This document shows positions 44,549 through 54,270 of a DNA stretch of 64,000 nt, piece by piece (position 1 is the first letter of the stretch; every line of letters begins with the position of its first letter). Made by a program: the position numbers and the translations under genes. The notes below the pieces were generated by a model. That model searched no databases and had not been told where the DNA came from. It worked only from the letters and a program-made list of their open reading frames with translations. The stretch covers positions 352,001 through 416,000 of the forward strand of contig CAWFGO010000003.1 in NCBI GenBank assembly GCA_963815455.1. Reading direction: 5' to 3'. The DNA comes from an uncultured Verrucomicrobiae bacterium (GTDB taxonomy: Bacteria; Verrucomicrobiota; Verrucomicrobiia; Chthoniobacterales; UBA10450).

Positions 44549-46912
44549 ATGTCGTCCTCTACGAAACAATTTAGAAAACGAATCGCACTTTGCTGTGCGA
44601 TTGCGGCTTCGTTTTTGCCGGTAGCGAGTAATGCACAACCGGAGGATTCTCACCTGATTCAACTTGCCGTGCCCGCACCCGACGCCACTTTGGCGCTCAA
44701 TTTTGGAGAACCGATGGCAGGCCGCGGGGACGTGGACCGGGGCCAATTGGGGTGCTTCCTCTCCCAACTCGGGCGGCACGAGTTACACCGCCAATAATGA
44801 CGCGAGCTTCACGGCTAACTGGCGACTGTAACATTTGCGACGGTAATCCATCGGAAATGTGACATTGTCTAGCGGCATCACCGTCACGGTTTCTCAAGCA
44901 GGCACGATGAGCACCAATAACGTCAGTCCTGGACCTTCGACATTGGCACCGGTTCGTTGCTCACATGGACGACTCAAGGCGTTTCGAACAACAGCTCCTC
45001 GGGCTTCATCAAGAACGGCTTAGGAACATGGAATATCGGGGCACAACCCAACGCTTACACTGGTGGTTTTACGCTCAATGCTGGGACTGTGCATTGTCGA
45101 TCCGGAAACAATTCCTTCGAACGGCGGCCCAATCCTGCGAATCGACGGAGGAACCATCCAAACATGGTGGTGGACCCGGTGATTACATGCCAACTGCGTT
45201 ACGCTCGGCGGGAATTCGAAATTACAGGTACACGGAAACTCCACATTGGGCGGCGACAGTTGCCTTGGGGGCAGCTGTGCGCACGATAACAATCAGCCAA
45301 AGTCCGGTACCTATATTTTGGCGGAGTTATTTCGATGGCGGAGCGGGCGATTGGCGGCACTTGCTTTCGGCGACTGGGCACATGACGTTCTGACAGGCGC
45401 AAATACTTACACCGGCGGGACCACGGTAAACAGTGGAACGCTTGCGCTCGGCTCCAGCAGCACTGCAAGCGGCGGAGCGATTATAAACGGTCCGGTCGGT
45501 ACCGGCCTCTTGACTCTCAATGATGGTGCGGCGATACGCTCGAACGGCGCGACCGATCGAACCATCCTCAACAATGTAAGTTTGAGCGGAAACGTGACCT
45601 TGGGCAGTGCGACAAATGCCGGCGTGCTCAGATTCAACTCGGCTGGCCTGAGCGTGGCGTCTACCGTTACGCTGGCAGCCGATACCGTGCTGACGCTGAA
45701 TAGCGACGTGCGGATTGGCAACAAGATTACCGGCGTTGGGCAGGAGCCTCACCAAGATGGGTTCGGGTATGTTGGACCTCGACATCGCAAATGATTTTTC
45801 CGGAACGTTCACGGCAAGCGGAGGCGCAACGAATCTGAACGTCAATAACGCCCTGGGCTCGGTGACTTCCGTTGTGGTTAACAGTGGCGCGAACCTTTTT
45901 AGCATTGGGGACGGCTCGACGACGAATGTGATCAATGACGCCGCCGCCGTAACTATTAACGGAACTGGCAATATGGATCTGAGTGGCGGGAGCGAAACGG
46001 TCGGTTCGCTGGCCAGCTCGAGCTCCGACCGCGACGGTTGTCATCGGAGCGTTTGGCAGCAGTGCCGGCAGTTTCACCGTTGGCGACAGCTCCAATACCA
46101 CTTTTGCCGGAGTTATCAGCGGCGACCCGCTGGTAGCGGGAACCACCGTTTTCACCAAGCAAGGCGCCGGAACGCTCACCCTGTCCGGCGCGAATACTTA
46201 CACCGGCGCGACGGTGATCAACAACGGCACGCTTGCGCTTGACAATAACAACACCGCCACGCCGAGATTAGCGGGGACGACCAAGATTACGGTCAACAGC
46301 GGCGGCACGTTGCTGCTGGCCCAAAGCGGCGGCACATCCAGCAACGACCGGATTAACGACAGCGCGACCATAACGCTGAACGGCGGCAAGTTTAGCACCG
46401 GCGGGTTGAGCGAGTATTCGGGCAGCCTCGGGCCGTTACCCGGCAAGGGAAAAGGCCCGACCCCGACAAATGGACCCGTTCCTAAACCGATCGTCACCAA
46501 CGTTACCGCCGGGATTGGTGCGCTCACGCTTCAAGCGAGCTCGGTCATCGATCTGGGAAGCGGCAAAAGTATTCTGGCCTTTGCCAATAGCAGCAGCGCA
46601 ACCTGGACCTCGGGACAAGTCCTGAGCATCTGGAATTGGACGGGCAATCTCGCGGGAGGCGGTGCCGATCAGATCTATTTCGGAACGGATACGAGCGGTC
46701 TTAGCTCCGGGCAGCTGGCGCAGATCGAGTTCTTTAGCGGCGCCGGCACCGGCTCGTACGGTCTCGGTGTCGCAGCGCTTCTGGCCAACGGCGAGCTCGT
46801 GCCCATTCCCGAGCCGGGCACATGGATCGGCGGCGCGCTGGCTCTGGCCGCGGTTGGGTTCAGCCAACGGCGAAGATTCAAGCGCGCGGGCATTCGCGCT
46901 TCTGATTGCTGA
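44549..46912 (+). CDS. Autotransporter-associated beta-strand-repeat surface protein with PEP-CTERM signal, frameshifted
   Basis: KQGAGTLTLSGANTYTGATVINNGTL repeats; C-terminus VPIPEPGTWIGGALALAAVGFSQRRRFKR. Confidence 0.9.
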
Positions 46913-46951
46913 TTGCTGATTTCTGAATCAAATCCTTGTCAGTTTCATCCA

Positions 46952-47096
46952 GTGTAGAGGCGGCCGTGCCGGCCGCTTCCGAAGACGAGTTGGCGTCTGA
47001 CACAGACGCCCTACAAGTCATGTAGCGCCGCTGCCCTCTGATTTCTGCGCCGCGACCGATTCGACTGCCGCTCAGGGCAGGCTCGCTGCCCTGGCT
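46952..47096. repeat. Composite REP doublet, direct-repeat copy 2
   Basis: Near-identical to 43062-43206. Confidence 0.85.
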
Positions 47097-47179
47097 ACAA
47101 CTTGTCACTGGTCACTCGTCACTGGTCACTTCTTCCATTCTCCCTTGTCACTTCGCCAGCCCGGCCTAGTTTCATTGAT

Positions 47180-47593
47180 ATGAAAATCGCAAAACTGCTT
47201 TTGATATTGCCCGCGGCCATTCTGGTGTCGGCGCCGGCATTCGCTCAGGACGACAAACCGATGGGTGGAGACAAGGGAATGAAAATGAAAGCCATGCATG
47301 AAGAGATGCAGGCCGAGATGAAAGCGATGGACGAACGGCTCGACAAATTAGTCGTCGACATGAACACCGCGGCCACGCCCGAGAAAAAACTTAATGCGGT
47401 GGTTGCCGTCGTGAACGAGATCGCGGCCCAGCACAAGAAAATGCACGGAAAAATGATGCACCGCTGGGAAGGCGGCCGTCGCCATCACGGTCCCGGCGCC
47501 GGAAAAGACGAAGACGAAAAGGCCGGGAACCGGACTACAGACTACGGGACCACTGACCACGGACAACTGACCATGGGCCCGGCGGGAAATTGA
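47180..47593 (+). CDS. Met/His-rich secreted helical protein (possible metal binding)
   Basis: Signal peptide (AFA-QD); MKMKAMHEEM, HKKMHGKMMH; the tail runs through a tandem-repeat array. Confidence 0.65.
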   Translation: MKIAKLLLILPAAILVSAPAFAQDDKPMGGDKGMKMKAMHEEMQAEMKAMDERLDKLVVDMNTAATPEKKLNAVVAVVNEIAAQHKKMHGKMMHRWEGGRRHHGPGAGKDEDEKAGNRTTDYGTTDHGQLTMGPAGN

Positions 47594-47647
47594 CCGCGGA
47601 TTACGCGGATTTTCTTGATGCGGTCTGATGTAATAGCTGATAACAGA

Positions 47648-48740
47648 TCACCGATCTGCGATTTCCGATCGTCGAACTGCACGGAAATTCCGCCGCGCAG
47701 ACGGTAATCGGGCACCGCTTGCAACGCGGTGTTGTCGATCGACACCGGAAGATCGACAGCGACCTCCGCGCTCCAGCGTCCCGCGCGAGGCCACGATCCG
47801 GGGCCCGACAAAAACGGAATCGATCCCGGTATCCTCGGCTTTCATCCCGCGAAACCGATCGACATCCTTGTGCTCGCCTGAAACCACGAATTGCAGACCG
47901 GCCACGGTGCCGCGATCGCGGACAAAATAATAACCCGGCCCGGCGCTCCAGGTGAGATCGTTGGCGAAATGATATTGGTGCGCCCCATCGCCGCGCAGGG
48001 TGAATTGCACGTTCGTCTCAAAAAACAGATTCCGATATCGCAGCGAGTTTTGCTCGCCGAACACGCCGTCGTAGGAACCGGTGCCGAGGGTGAGATCGTG
48101 CCCATGAATTCCGCTCTCGGGCGCGTTTATCGCGCCGAAGCCAGGCGAAGGCGGACCCGGAAGTTCCACTTCATGAAATTCTTCCTTAATTCGGCTGGAA
48201 TCGCCGGTTGGGAATTTCAATCCGGTCAGCAGCACTGACGACATCGTGAAGTCCGGCTCGTGCTCGATGGTCACGGGGTTCTTGCCTTCGAACTGCAACG
48301 ATTGCCGGGCCGAGCGACGAGTAGTGAAACAGAACGGTCTTGAGCAGGATCGACAGGTCGCCCAAACCCGCCACCGTGCCGCGATCAATGGCGAAGCCTT
48401 CCGGTCTTTTGAACTCGCGATAGATAATCGGGATATTGATCTGGAGCGCGAACCGGCTGGTCAGAGCGTAACCGGCCACGACCTGGGTGATCGAACTGTT
48501 CAAATATTGTCCGGTCGGATTGCCGACCTCGGCGCCGTCCAGTTGCAGGGTTCCGAATCGAGTGAACTGCTCGGCCACCGCGCCGTATAATCCCGGCGCC
48601 CACGGGATCAAATGCGCAGCCTCTAATTGCGACATGGCATTCAATTGCGGCGCGTAACAGCCGCACAGATCACAAGCCCGGGTGGTGACCGCGGCGCCCG
48701 CAAACAAACATAAAAGTAAAAGCAAACGTAAAATTTTCAT
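47648..48740 (-). CDS. Putative outer-membrane transporter/barrel with N-terminal CxxCxC, frameshift near 48290
   Basis: Signal peptide then ACDLCGCY; GLGDLS, GLKFPTG, LGTGSYD and FVGP motifs. Confidence 0.7.
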
Positions 48741-48848
48741 TGGTTCTCTGAAGATTGAGATTTAGAGGTCGGTGTGTCGCCCGCATTCAAAGAATGGGCC
48801 TTTGCAGTCGCCGCGGCGACCGCCGCTGGACTTCGGCAGCGAGCGATT

Positions 48849-48935
48849 GGTGGATCGAGCAGTCCCTTGGCCGATGTTAATTCAGGCGGCAAAGCCGCAT
48901 TATCTTACCATCGCCCGCGGAGCGGCCGATCCACC
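48849..48935. repeat. GGTGGATCG...CGATCCACC palindromic element
   Basis: Inverted copy of 54940-55025; the two share an exact 27-mer. Confidence 0.8.
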
Positions 48936-48949
48936 TACAGAGCTGCAAG

Positions 48950-49327
48950 TTAGCTCATCAACCGTGGCGGAGGAACCGGCGGCGAATGCCCGGCGTGGGA
49001 AAACGAAAAATCGCGTGTCGCGTATTTGAAATCAACGAAAGAGGGCCTGAGCGAAACCGGGCGTGTCACACAAATGATATCGATTTTCGGAGTCGATGGC
49101 TGCAGATCCGATTTCTTCTCGGAATTCCTCCCCTTATTCACAATATGACAAATCGAGCAGGGATGATTGCCGTCAAAAGTCTGCGCGATCGCTTCCCGCA
49201 ACGGAGCGCGCTGGGCGTTTTGGATGAGCATGCTCGTCCAGGCGAGCGATTGCAGCGCGACCCAATGCAACCCAATCGCACAACAAAGTGCGACGATCGT
49301 GATGGCGCGGCCAATGCAGCGAAGCAC
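48950..49327 (-). CDS. DUF2946-like small protein (CxxC plus C-terminal Pro-rich motif)
   Basis: N-terminal hydrophobic segment, HPCSICH, C-terminal SPPVPPPR; lies upstream of the transporter. Confidence 0.6.
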   Translation of the reverse strand: MLRCIGRAITIVALCCAIGLHWVALQSLAWTSMLIQNAQRAPLREAIAQTFDGNHPCSICHIVNKGRNSEKKSDLQPSTPKIDIICVTRPVSLRPSFVDFKYATRDFSFSHAGHSPPVPPPRLMS

Positions 49328-49424
49328 GAGCCAAGGCTATTGAGGGACTGTCCGGTACGTCAAACCACCGAGGCCGGATCCAATCCAACCTCGGTGGTCA
49401 AAAATCTTCTGCGGCGTCGTCCGT

Positions 49425-50237
49425 TTAGAAGTGAAAGTTCAACCCCGCCCGAACAATGTGGCCGGTGGTCTCGCCGTCCAATCCGTATTTGACGGGGAAG
49501 ATTTTGCCACCCGGGATGCTTGGTCTGGCACGAGCGGCGTTACCAGCGGCGTTGTTAAATATATTGGCGTCGATCTCCGTGGATTGGTCCTCAAGCGAGA
49601 AATAGAGATACTCGAGCTTGATCGACCAGTGGCAGCCGAGCCTGCGCTCGATCCCGCCACCAACGGTATAGCCCCAATTAAAATCCTGCTTGTGAACGTC
49701 GAACACCTCGGGATCGGGTTCAAAGGTCGCACTGGTCTCGTAATTCACCCCGATGGCGCCACCCGTGGCGTAGAACAACCAGTTACAACCAGCCGCAACA
49801 CCAAGGCGTCCGCGAAAAGTCGCATAGAAATCGCTATCGCTTTCGGCCGGGAACCCGGAGTCATGGAACAAATGGCCGCTGCCATCCAGGTTCATGTAGC
49901 CGACATCGGATTCCGCTCCCAGAACCAGCCATCGCCACTGCCAGTTGTAACCGATTTGCCCGCCACCAACGAAGCCCGATTCCGAGTATCCAAAGGCATG
50001 AGAAAACTCGTCGCCGTTATTGGCAGTGGCTGTAAAATTGTCCTCGCTGTGACCAAACTGACCGCCAGCATGTAGTCCGAGGTAAAATCCGGTCCAATCG
50101 CAGCATGGCGGCGGCGGTGGCGGAATGACTTCTTTCATTTCCTTGCCACTCGCCATCGGTTCGGGACCGGCAAAAATAGTTAAGGCAAGCGCATTGCATG
50201 CGCAAACAGCGACGAACAGACGGGCTATGGATTTCAT
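49425..50237 (-). CDS. Outer-membrane beta-barrel (Omp25/RopB-like)
   Basis: WTGFYLG, GGQIGYNWQ, RGRLG, WSIKLEYLY; terminal F. Confidence 0.9.
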   Translation of the reverse strand: MKSIARLFVAVCACNALALTIFAGPEPMASGKEMKEVIPPPPPPCCDWTGFYLGLHAGGQFGHSEDNFTATANNGDEFSHAFGYSESGFVGGGQIGYNWQWRWLVLGAESDVGYMNLDGSGHLFHDSGFPAESDSDFYATFRGRLGVAAGCNWLFYATGGAIGVNYETSATFEPDPEVFDVHKQDFNWGYTVGGGIERRLGCHWSIKLEYLYFSLEDQSTEIDANIFNNAAGNAARARPSIPGGKIFPVKYGLDGETTGHIVRAGLNFHF

Positions 50238-50358
50238 AAGGGCTATTTCTCAACAATACAGGCCAACCCGTCAAGCCCTAACATTTCCCGCGGGCGCTAT
50301 AATTTCCAGACAAGCAAGAGGCTCGCTTCCGTCGTCCCAAGCTGCCTCGGAGGGAAAA

Positions 50359-50551
50359 TTTTTTACAGAAGATAACCCGCCACGGCCGGTAAACTGCGGG
50401 AACGAAGATCAGATTTCAGAGTTCAGGGGAATCGGCGTCTGACCCCGCCTTCGCCTTTGCTATGGCGGGCACGCAGACGCCTTAGAACTTTGATACATCC
50501 GCGTGATCAGCGGTCGATCACAGCGCTTCGTTTCCTTCTCCTTCTGTAAGA
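50359..50551. repeat. ACAGAAG element with nested micro-hairpins and a REP fragment
   Basis: Arms at 50359 and 50527-50551; inserts CCCGCCACGGCCGG.. and CCCGCC..GGCGGG. Confidence 0.7.
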
Positions 50552-50564
50552 AATCGAGATTCGG

Positions 50565-51362
50565 CTAAAACCGGAAATTCAATCCACCGCGGATGATGTG
50601 CCCCTGGGTTTCGCCTTGGAATCGGAACCTGTCCGTGAGCCGCCCCTGCGGTGACCTTTGGTCAGGCCCCAGATTCATTCTCTCATTGTCGAGACCGCTG
50701 AAGGACTGTTCGTCGAGAGTGAACCAGAGGTATTCCAGTTTGATCGACCAATGCCGGCCGAGCTGGCGCTCGATCCCGCCACCCACGGTGGGGCCCCAGT
50801 TGAAATCCTGCCTGGAAGCCTCGACGCCGCCGCCGATCTCCTCCTGGGCGACAAACCGGGTGTCGTAATTCACACCAATGACCCCGGCGGTGGCATAGAG
50901 CAACCAGCACCCATGCCAATCCAGCGCGTAACCGATTCGTCCCCGCAGAGTCAGATAGAAATCGCTGTCGGTTTCACCATGGGCCACACCCGGGGGACCA
51001 AGAGACTGGGGCTCTTCCCCGCGGCCATCCAGATTCATATAACCGAGATCCAGTTCGGGCCCGAGCACGATCCGGCCGAATTGAAAATTGTAGCCCACCT
51101 GGCCCCCGCCGACGAAACCCGACTCGCTGTAACCGAAATGATGGTGGGCAAAGAAATAATACTCATCGAGATCGTTCGTCTGGCTGTGGCCAAACTGGCC
51201 CCCGGCATGCAGACCGATGTAAATCCCCGACCAGTCGCAAGCCGGAGGCGGTGGCGGCGGCGCAACTTCCTTGGACGGGATCGGCTGGGGACCGGCGGTG
51301 ACGATCGCTACCAGTCCAGTGCACGCGAACAAAGTGATGAGAAAACGGCTCAGGGCGTTCAT
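50565..51362 (-). CDS. Outer-membrane beta-barrel paralog
   Basis: Same motifs as 49425-50237; probable start MNALSRF. Confidence 0.9.
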   Translation of the reverse strand: MNALSRFLITLFACTGLVAIVTAGPQPIPSKEVAPPPPPPACDWSGIYIGLHAGGQFGHSQTNDLDEYYFFAHHHFGYSESGFVGGGQVGYNFQFGRIVLGPELDLGYMNLDGRGEEPQSLGPPGVAHGETDSDFYLTLRGRIGYALDWHGCWLLYATAGVIGVNYDTRFVAQEEIGGGVEASRQDFNWGPTVGGGIERQLGRHWSIKLEYLWFTLDEQSFSGLDNERMNLGPDQRSPQGRLTDRFRFQGETQGHIIRGGLNFRF

Positions 51363-51421
51363 GCCGCCATGTTCTTCAAAACGTCCCCTGGGCGCAAGCT
51401 CTTTGTTAACGGCCGTCCCAC

Positions 51422-51532
51422 TGTAGAGTCCGCTGTCCTCAGCGGACTGTTGTCGTGGCATCGGCTTCCAGCCGATGTCGATGGGCTCGCCAGGGCGAGT
51501 CTGTCCGTTGGCGGACAAGATGCCAATGGCAC
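51422..51532. repeat. GTAG REP plus a GTGGCA..CAAGATGCC-type REP carrying the 30-bp micro-insert (51486-51515)
   Basis: TGTAGAGTCCGCTGTCCTCAGCGGAC; GATGGG[CTCGCC..GGCGGA]CAAGATGCCAATGGCAC. Confidence 0.75.
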
Positions 51533-51533
51533 T

Positions 51534-53087
51534 TTAATGCGGCACGAAGCTGCCGCTTCCTTCGTCCAGATACGTTGTCGATCCCACGCGTGAGATCTTG
51601 AGCGTTTGCCGCCACTTCCCCGAAGGAAATTCCCGCCCGGCGTCGATCGTCGTCGTTTCCGCTTTCAATTGCCCGAGGCTGCTTCCACTCATTGCTTCGG
51701 ACAAAATCCGGCCATCCAATTGCCTGGGCAGGGCAATCCCGAGTATGCGCAGAATCGTCGGGGCAAGATCGACATTGCCACTTGGTAAATCGTCCGCCTG
51801 CCCGCGCTGAAAATCCGGGCCGGCGGCGATGAGTGTGTTGTGCATGTCGAACCGGCCAAGCGTGGCGTGTGTCCCCTTCCCCGCTCTGCGCTGCCAATCG
51901 GCATCGATCATTCCGGGCACTCCGAATTGATTCTTCCTTTCGTTCCAACGAAAACTCATCACCACGTCCGGCACCTGTTCGCCAGCGATCCCGGCCTGCT
52001 CGCAACCGAACGTGCCGTCCATCGGTGTTTTTGTAAAAATGACTCCGGCGAAATCCGATTGCTGCAAAGTTTCGACCAGCCGGCTCGTAATCGCCGGGTC
52101 GTGTTTCATTACATAGAACAAAACTGTGCCGCCGTTTCCAACGAGCATGATCTGGCCGGGCTTGGGCTCCGCCGCAAATTCGGTCACGGCATCAAATCCG
52201 GCGTCTTTCAAAATTTTCCGAAGATCGACTGACCGCTCGATCGTGGAAAAACCGTGATCGGAGACAACGAAAATGTCGGTGGTCGATGTTGCCTGATGCC
52301 GATCGAGCGCAGCCAGGACGCGACCGAGGTTTGTGTCGCTCGCTTTCATCGCCGCGATGGCCTCTTTGGAACCGGGAGCCGTCTTGTGTTCGGTGTCATC
52401 CGGCTCGCTCAACCACAACAGCGAAAATGCCGGCACTTGATCGCGCCAGAGAAAATCGGTCAACGCTTTCGTGGTCCATGCGTCGCGATCGGCCGCTGCT
52501 CTGGCCGACGGAAACGGGCCAAGCCCAGCCACCATCGGCGCCAGCGCGGTGGACGAAAAAGATTGACCGCCGAAAAGGGTCAGGCCGTTTTGATCGACAT
52601 GTCGATCCTGCAACAGCCCAATGCCCTTGGCCGCCGCGATCGCGGTGTGACGGCCGGCCTTTCGCACAAGTTCGGTGATCGTCGGCACCGCCACGTAATT
52701 GCCGCCAGAAAGTTCGTCGCCCTTCTGAATAACTCGCGAATTTTCGGTGTCGATCGCTTTCCGGCTGTCAATCTCCGGCCGGTATTCGTGATTGGCGATG
52801 ATGCCGTTGCGTCCCGGATAAACGCCAGTGGCCATCGCGACACCATTAACCTCGGTCGAGGATGGATAGGTCGCGTGATGATTGCGAAACACCACGCCCG
52901 CTTTCGCCAGTTTCCAAAGCGCCGGGGTGTTTTCCTCGGTCACGAAATCGGGACGCATGCCGTCCCACACGATCAACACGACATGCCGATCCGGTTTGGC
53001 TGCATCCGCAGCGACTGCGACCGTCTGCGCACAAGAAACCAGCGCCGCCACCAGACAGAATGTGCGATATTGGCGAACCATTTTCAT
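51534..53087 (-). CDS. Alkaline phosphatase superfamily / nucleotide pyrophosphatase-phosphodiesterase
   Basis: VWDGMRPD, PSSTEVN, EPDDTEH, VSDHG, GTH and DLAPT motifs. Confidence 0.9.
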   Translation of the reverse strand: MKMVRQYRTFCLVAALVSCAQTVAVAADAAKPDRHVVLIVWDGMRPDFVTEENTPALWKLAKAGVVFRNHHATYPSSTEVNGVAMATGVYPGRNGIIANHEYRPEIDSRKAIDTENSRVIQKGDELSGGNYVAVPTITELVRKAGRHTAIAAAKGIGLLQDRHVDQNGLTLFGGQSFSSTALAPMVAGLGPFPSARAAADRDAWTTKALTDFLWRDQVPAFSLLWLSEPDDTEHKTAPGSKEAIAAMKASDTNLGRVLAALDRHQATSTTDIFVVSDHGFSTIERSVDLRKILKDAGFDAVTEFAAEPKPGQIMLVGNGGTVLFYVMKHDPAITSRLVETLQQSDFAGVIFTKTPMDGTFGCEQAGIAGEQVPDVVMSFRWNERKNQFGVPGMIDADWQRRAGKGTHATLGRFDMHNTLIAAGPDFQRGQADDLPSGNVDLAPTILRILGIALPRQLDGRILSEAMSGSSLGQLKAETTTIDAGREFPSGKWRQTLKISRVGSTTYLDEGSGSFVPH

Positions 53088-54141
53088 GAGCGTCCGCAGA
53101 TTACGCAGATTTTCGCAGATTGGTAGGAACCTCATTCCAAACGTCTTGCTTGCCTTTCTATTGGGCGTCGCGTCCATCGCCGCCGGCGCGCTCATTCCCA
53201 TCCGGGAGGGCACGACCTGGCAATACAACATGACCCAGGAAGTGGGCGAAGGAATCAAGGTGCCCAACGCCAAGCCTGATGCCGACGGGAAAATCCGGGT
53301 ACCGGTCACTTATCACATTGCCGGCACGCAGAAAGTTGACGGGAAAAATCTCATCGAGTTCGAGATGCATCGTGACGGCGTGGTGACCAACACCGATCTC
53401 GTGACTGTGGACGGTCACGGAATTATTTGCTGGGGAAAAATTAATCTCGAAGGCGAGCTGATCGAGATCGATCCGCCCCAGACGATGATCGCGGCGCCGC
53501 TCAAGCCGGGCGCGACCTGGAATTTCGAGAGCCAGGTGGCCAATCTGAAAGTTAATCAGCGTTACGATGTGGCCGGGCTGGAAGATGTCGATGTTCCCGC
53601 GGGAAAATTTCACGCTTTCCGGATTCATTGCGAGCAGACATCGCCCAGCGCGACGACAATCGATCGCTGGTTTGTTCCCGGAATTGGAATCGTCAAAGAC
53701 GTCACCACGATGCGATCGAAAGAGGGCGATATTCTTCAACGCATCTCGCTTGAATTGAAGGAACGGCCCAGGATCGACAAGCGACCGGAGGTCAAGCCAA
53801 CCGAGCCGCCAAAAAAACTTTCAGCCACGCTGGCGACCGAGCCCGCGGGCGAACCCGCCGTCGAATTCTCAACCGATGCGCCGATGATTTATGCGCGCTG
53901 GGAAGGACGGCGTTTGCGCGAACACGCCAGGATCCGCGTGGTCTGGATCGCCGAGAAGGTGGAAGATATCCCGGCTAATTACAAAGTGGACGAAGCATCG
54001 GCCGTGGCCGACGGCAAATATTCGCATGGGCATTTTGTTCTTTCCCGGCCCGGCGATGGCTGGGAACCGGGCGATTATCGGGCCGAGTTTTATGTCGATG
54101 ATGAATTGCAGGAAACGGTAAAGTTGAGGATCACAAAATAG
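53086..54141 (+). CDS. Exported hypothetical protein (two beta domains)
   Basis: LIPIREGTTWQY, VDVPAGKF and WFVPGIGIVK motifs. Start uncertain. Confidence 0.7.
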   Translation: MSVRRLRRFSQIGRNLIPNVLLAFLLGVASIAAGALIPIREGTTWQYNMTQEVGEGIKVPNAKPDADGKIRVPVTYHIAGTQKVDGKNLIEFEMHRDGVVTNTDLVTVDGHGIICWGKINLEGELIEIDPPQTMIAAPLKPGATWNFESQVANLKVNQRYDVAGLEDVDVPAGKFHAFRIHCEQTSPSATTIDRWFVPGIGIVKDVTTMRSKEGDILQRISLELKERPRIDKRPEVKPTEPPKKLSATLATEPAGEPAVEFSTDAPMIYARWEGRRLREHARIRVVWIAEKVEDIPANYKVDEASAVADGKYSHGHFVLSRPGDGWEPGDYRAEFYVDDELQETVKLRITK

Positions 54142-54146
54142 ACACG

Positions 54147-54203
54147 GTGTAGTGGCGGGCGTGTCGCCCGCAGTGGTGCGGCCGACACGGCCGCCTCTAC
54201 AAC
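54147..54203. repeat. REP doublet
   Basis: GTGTAGTGGCGGGCGTGTCGCCCGC ... GCGGCCGACACGGCCGCCTCTACA; the second unit is the inverse of the 43062 REP. Confidence 0.8.
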
Positions 54204-54270
54204 AGCACGATTTTCTTGAATCCAAACCGGCCATCAGCAGCATCCTATTAACAAAGGCGACATTTTCCCC

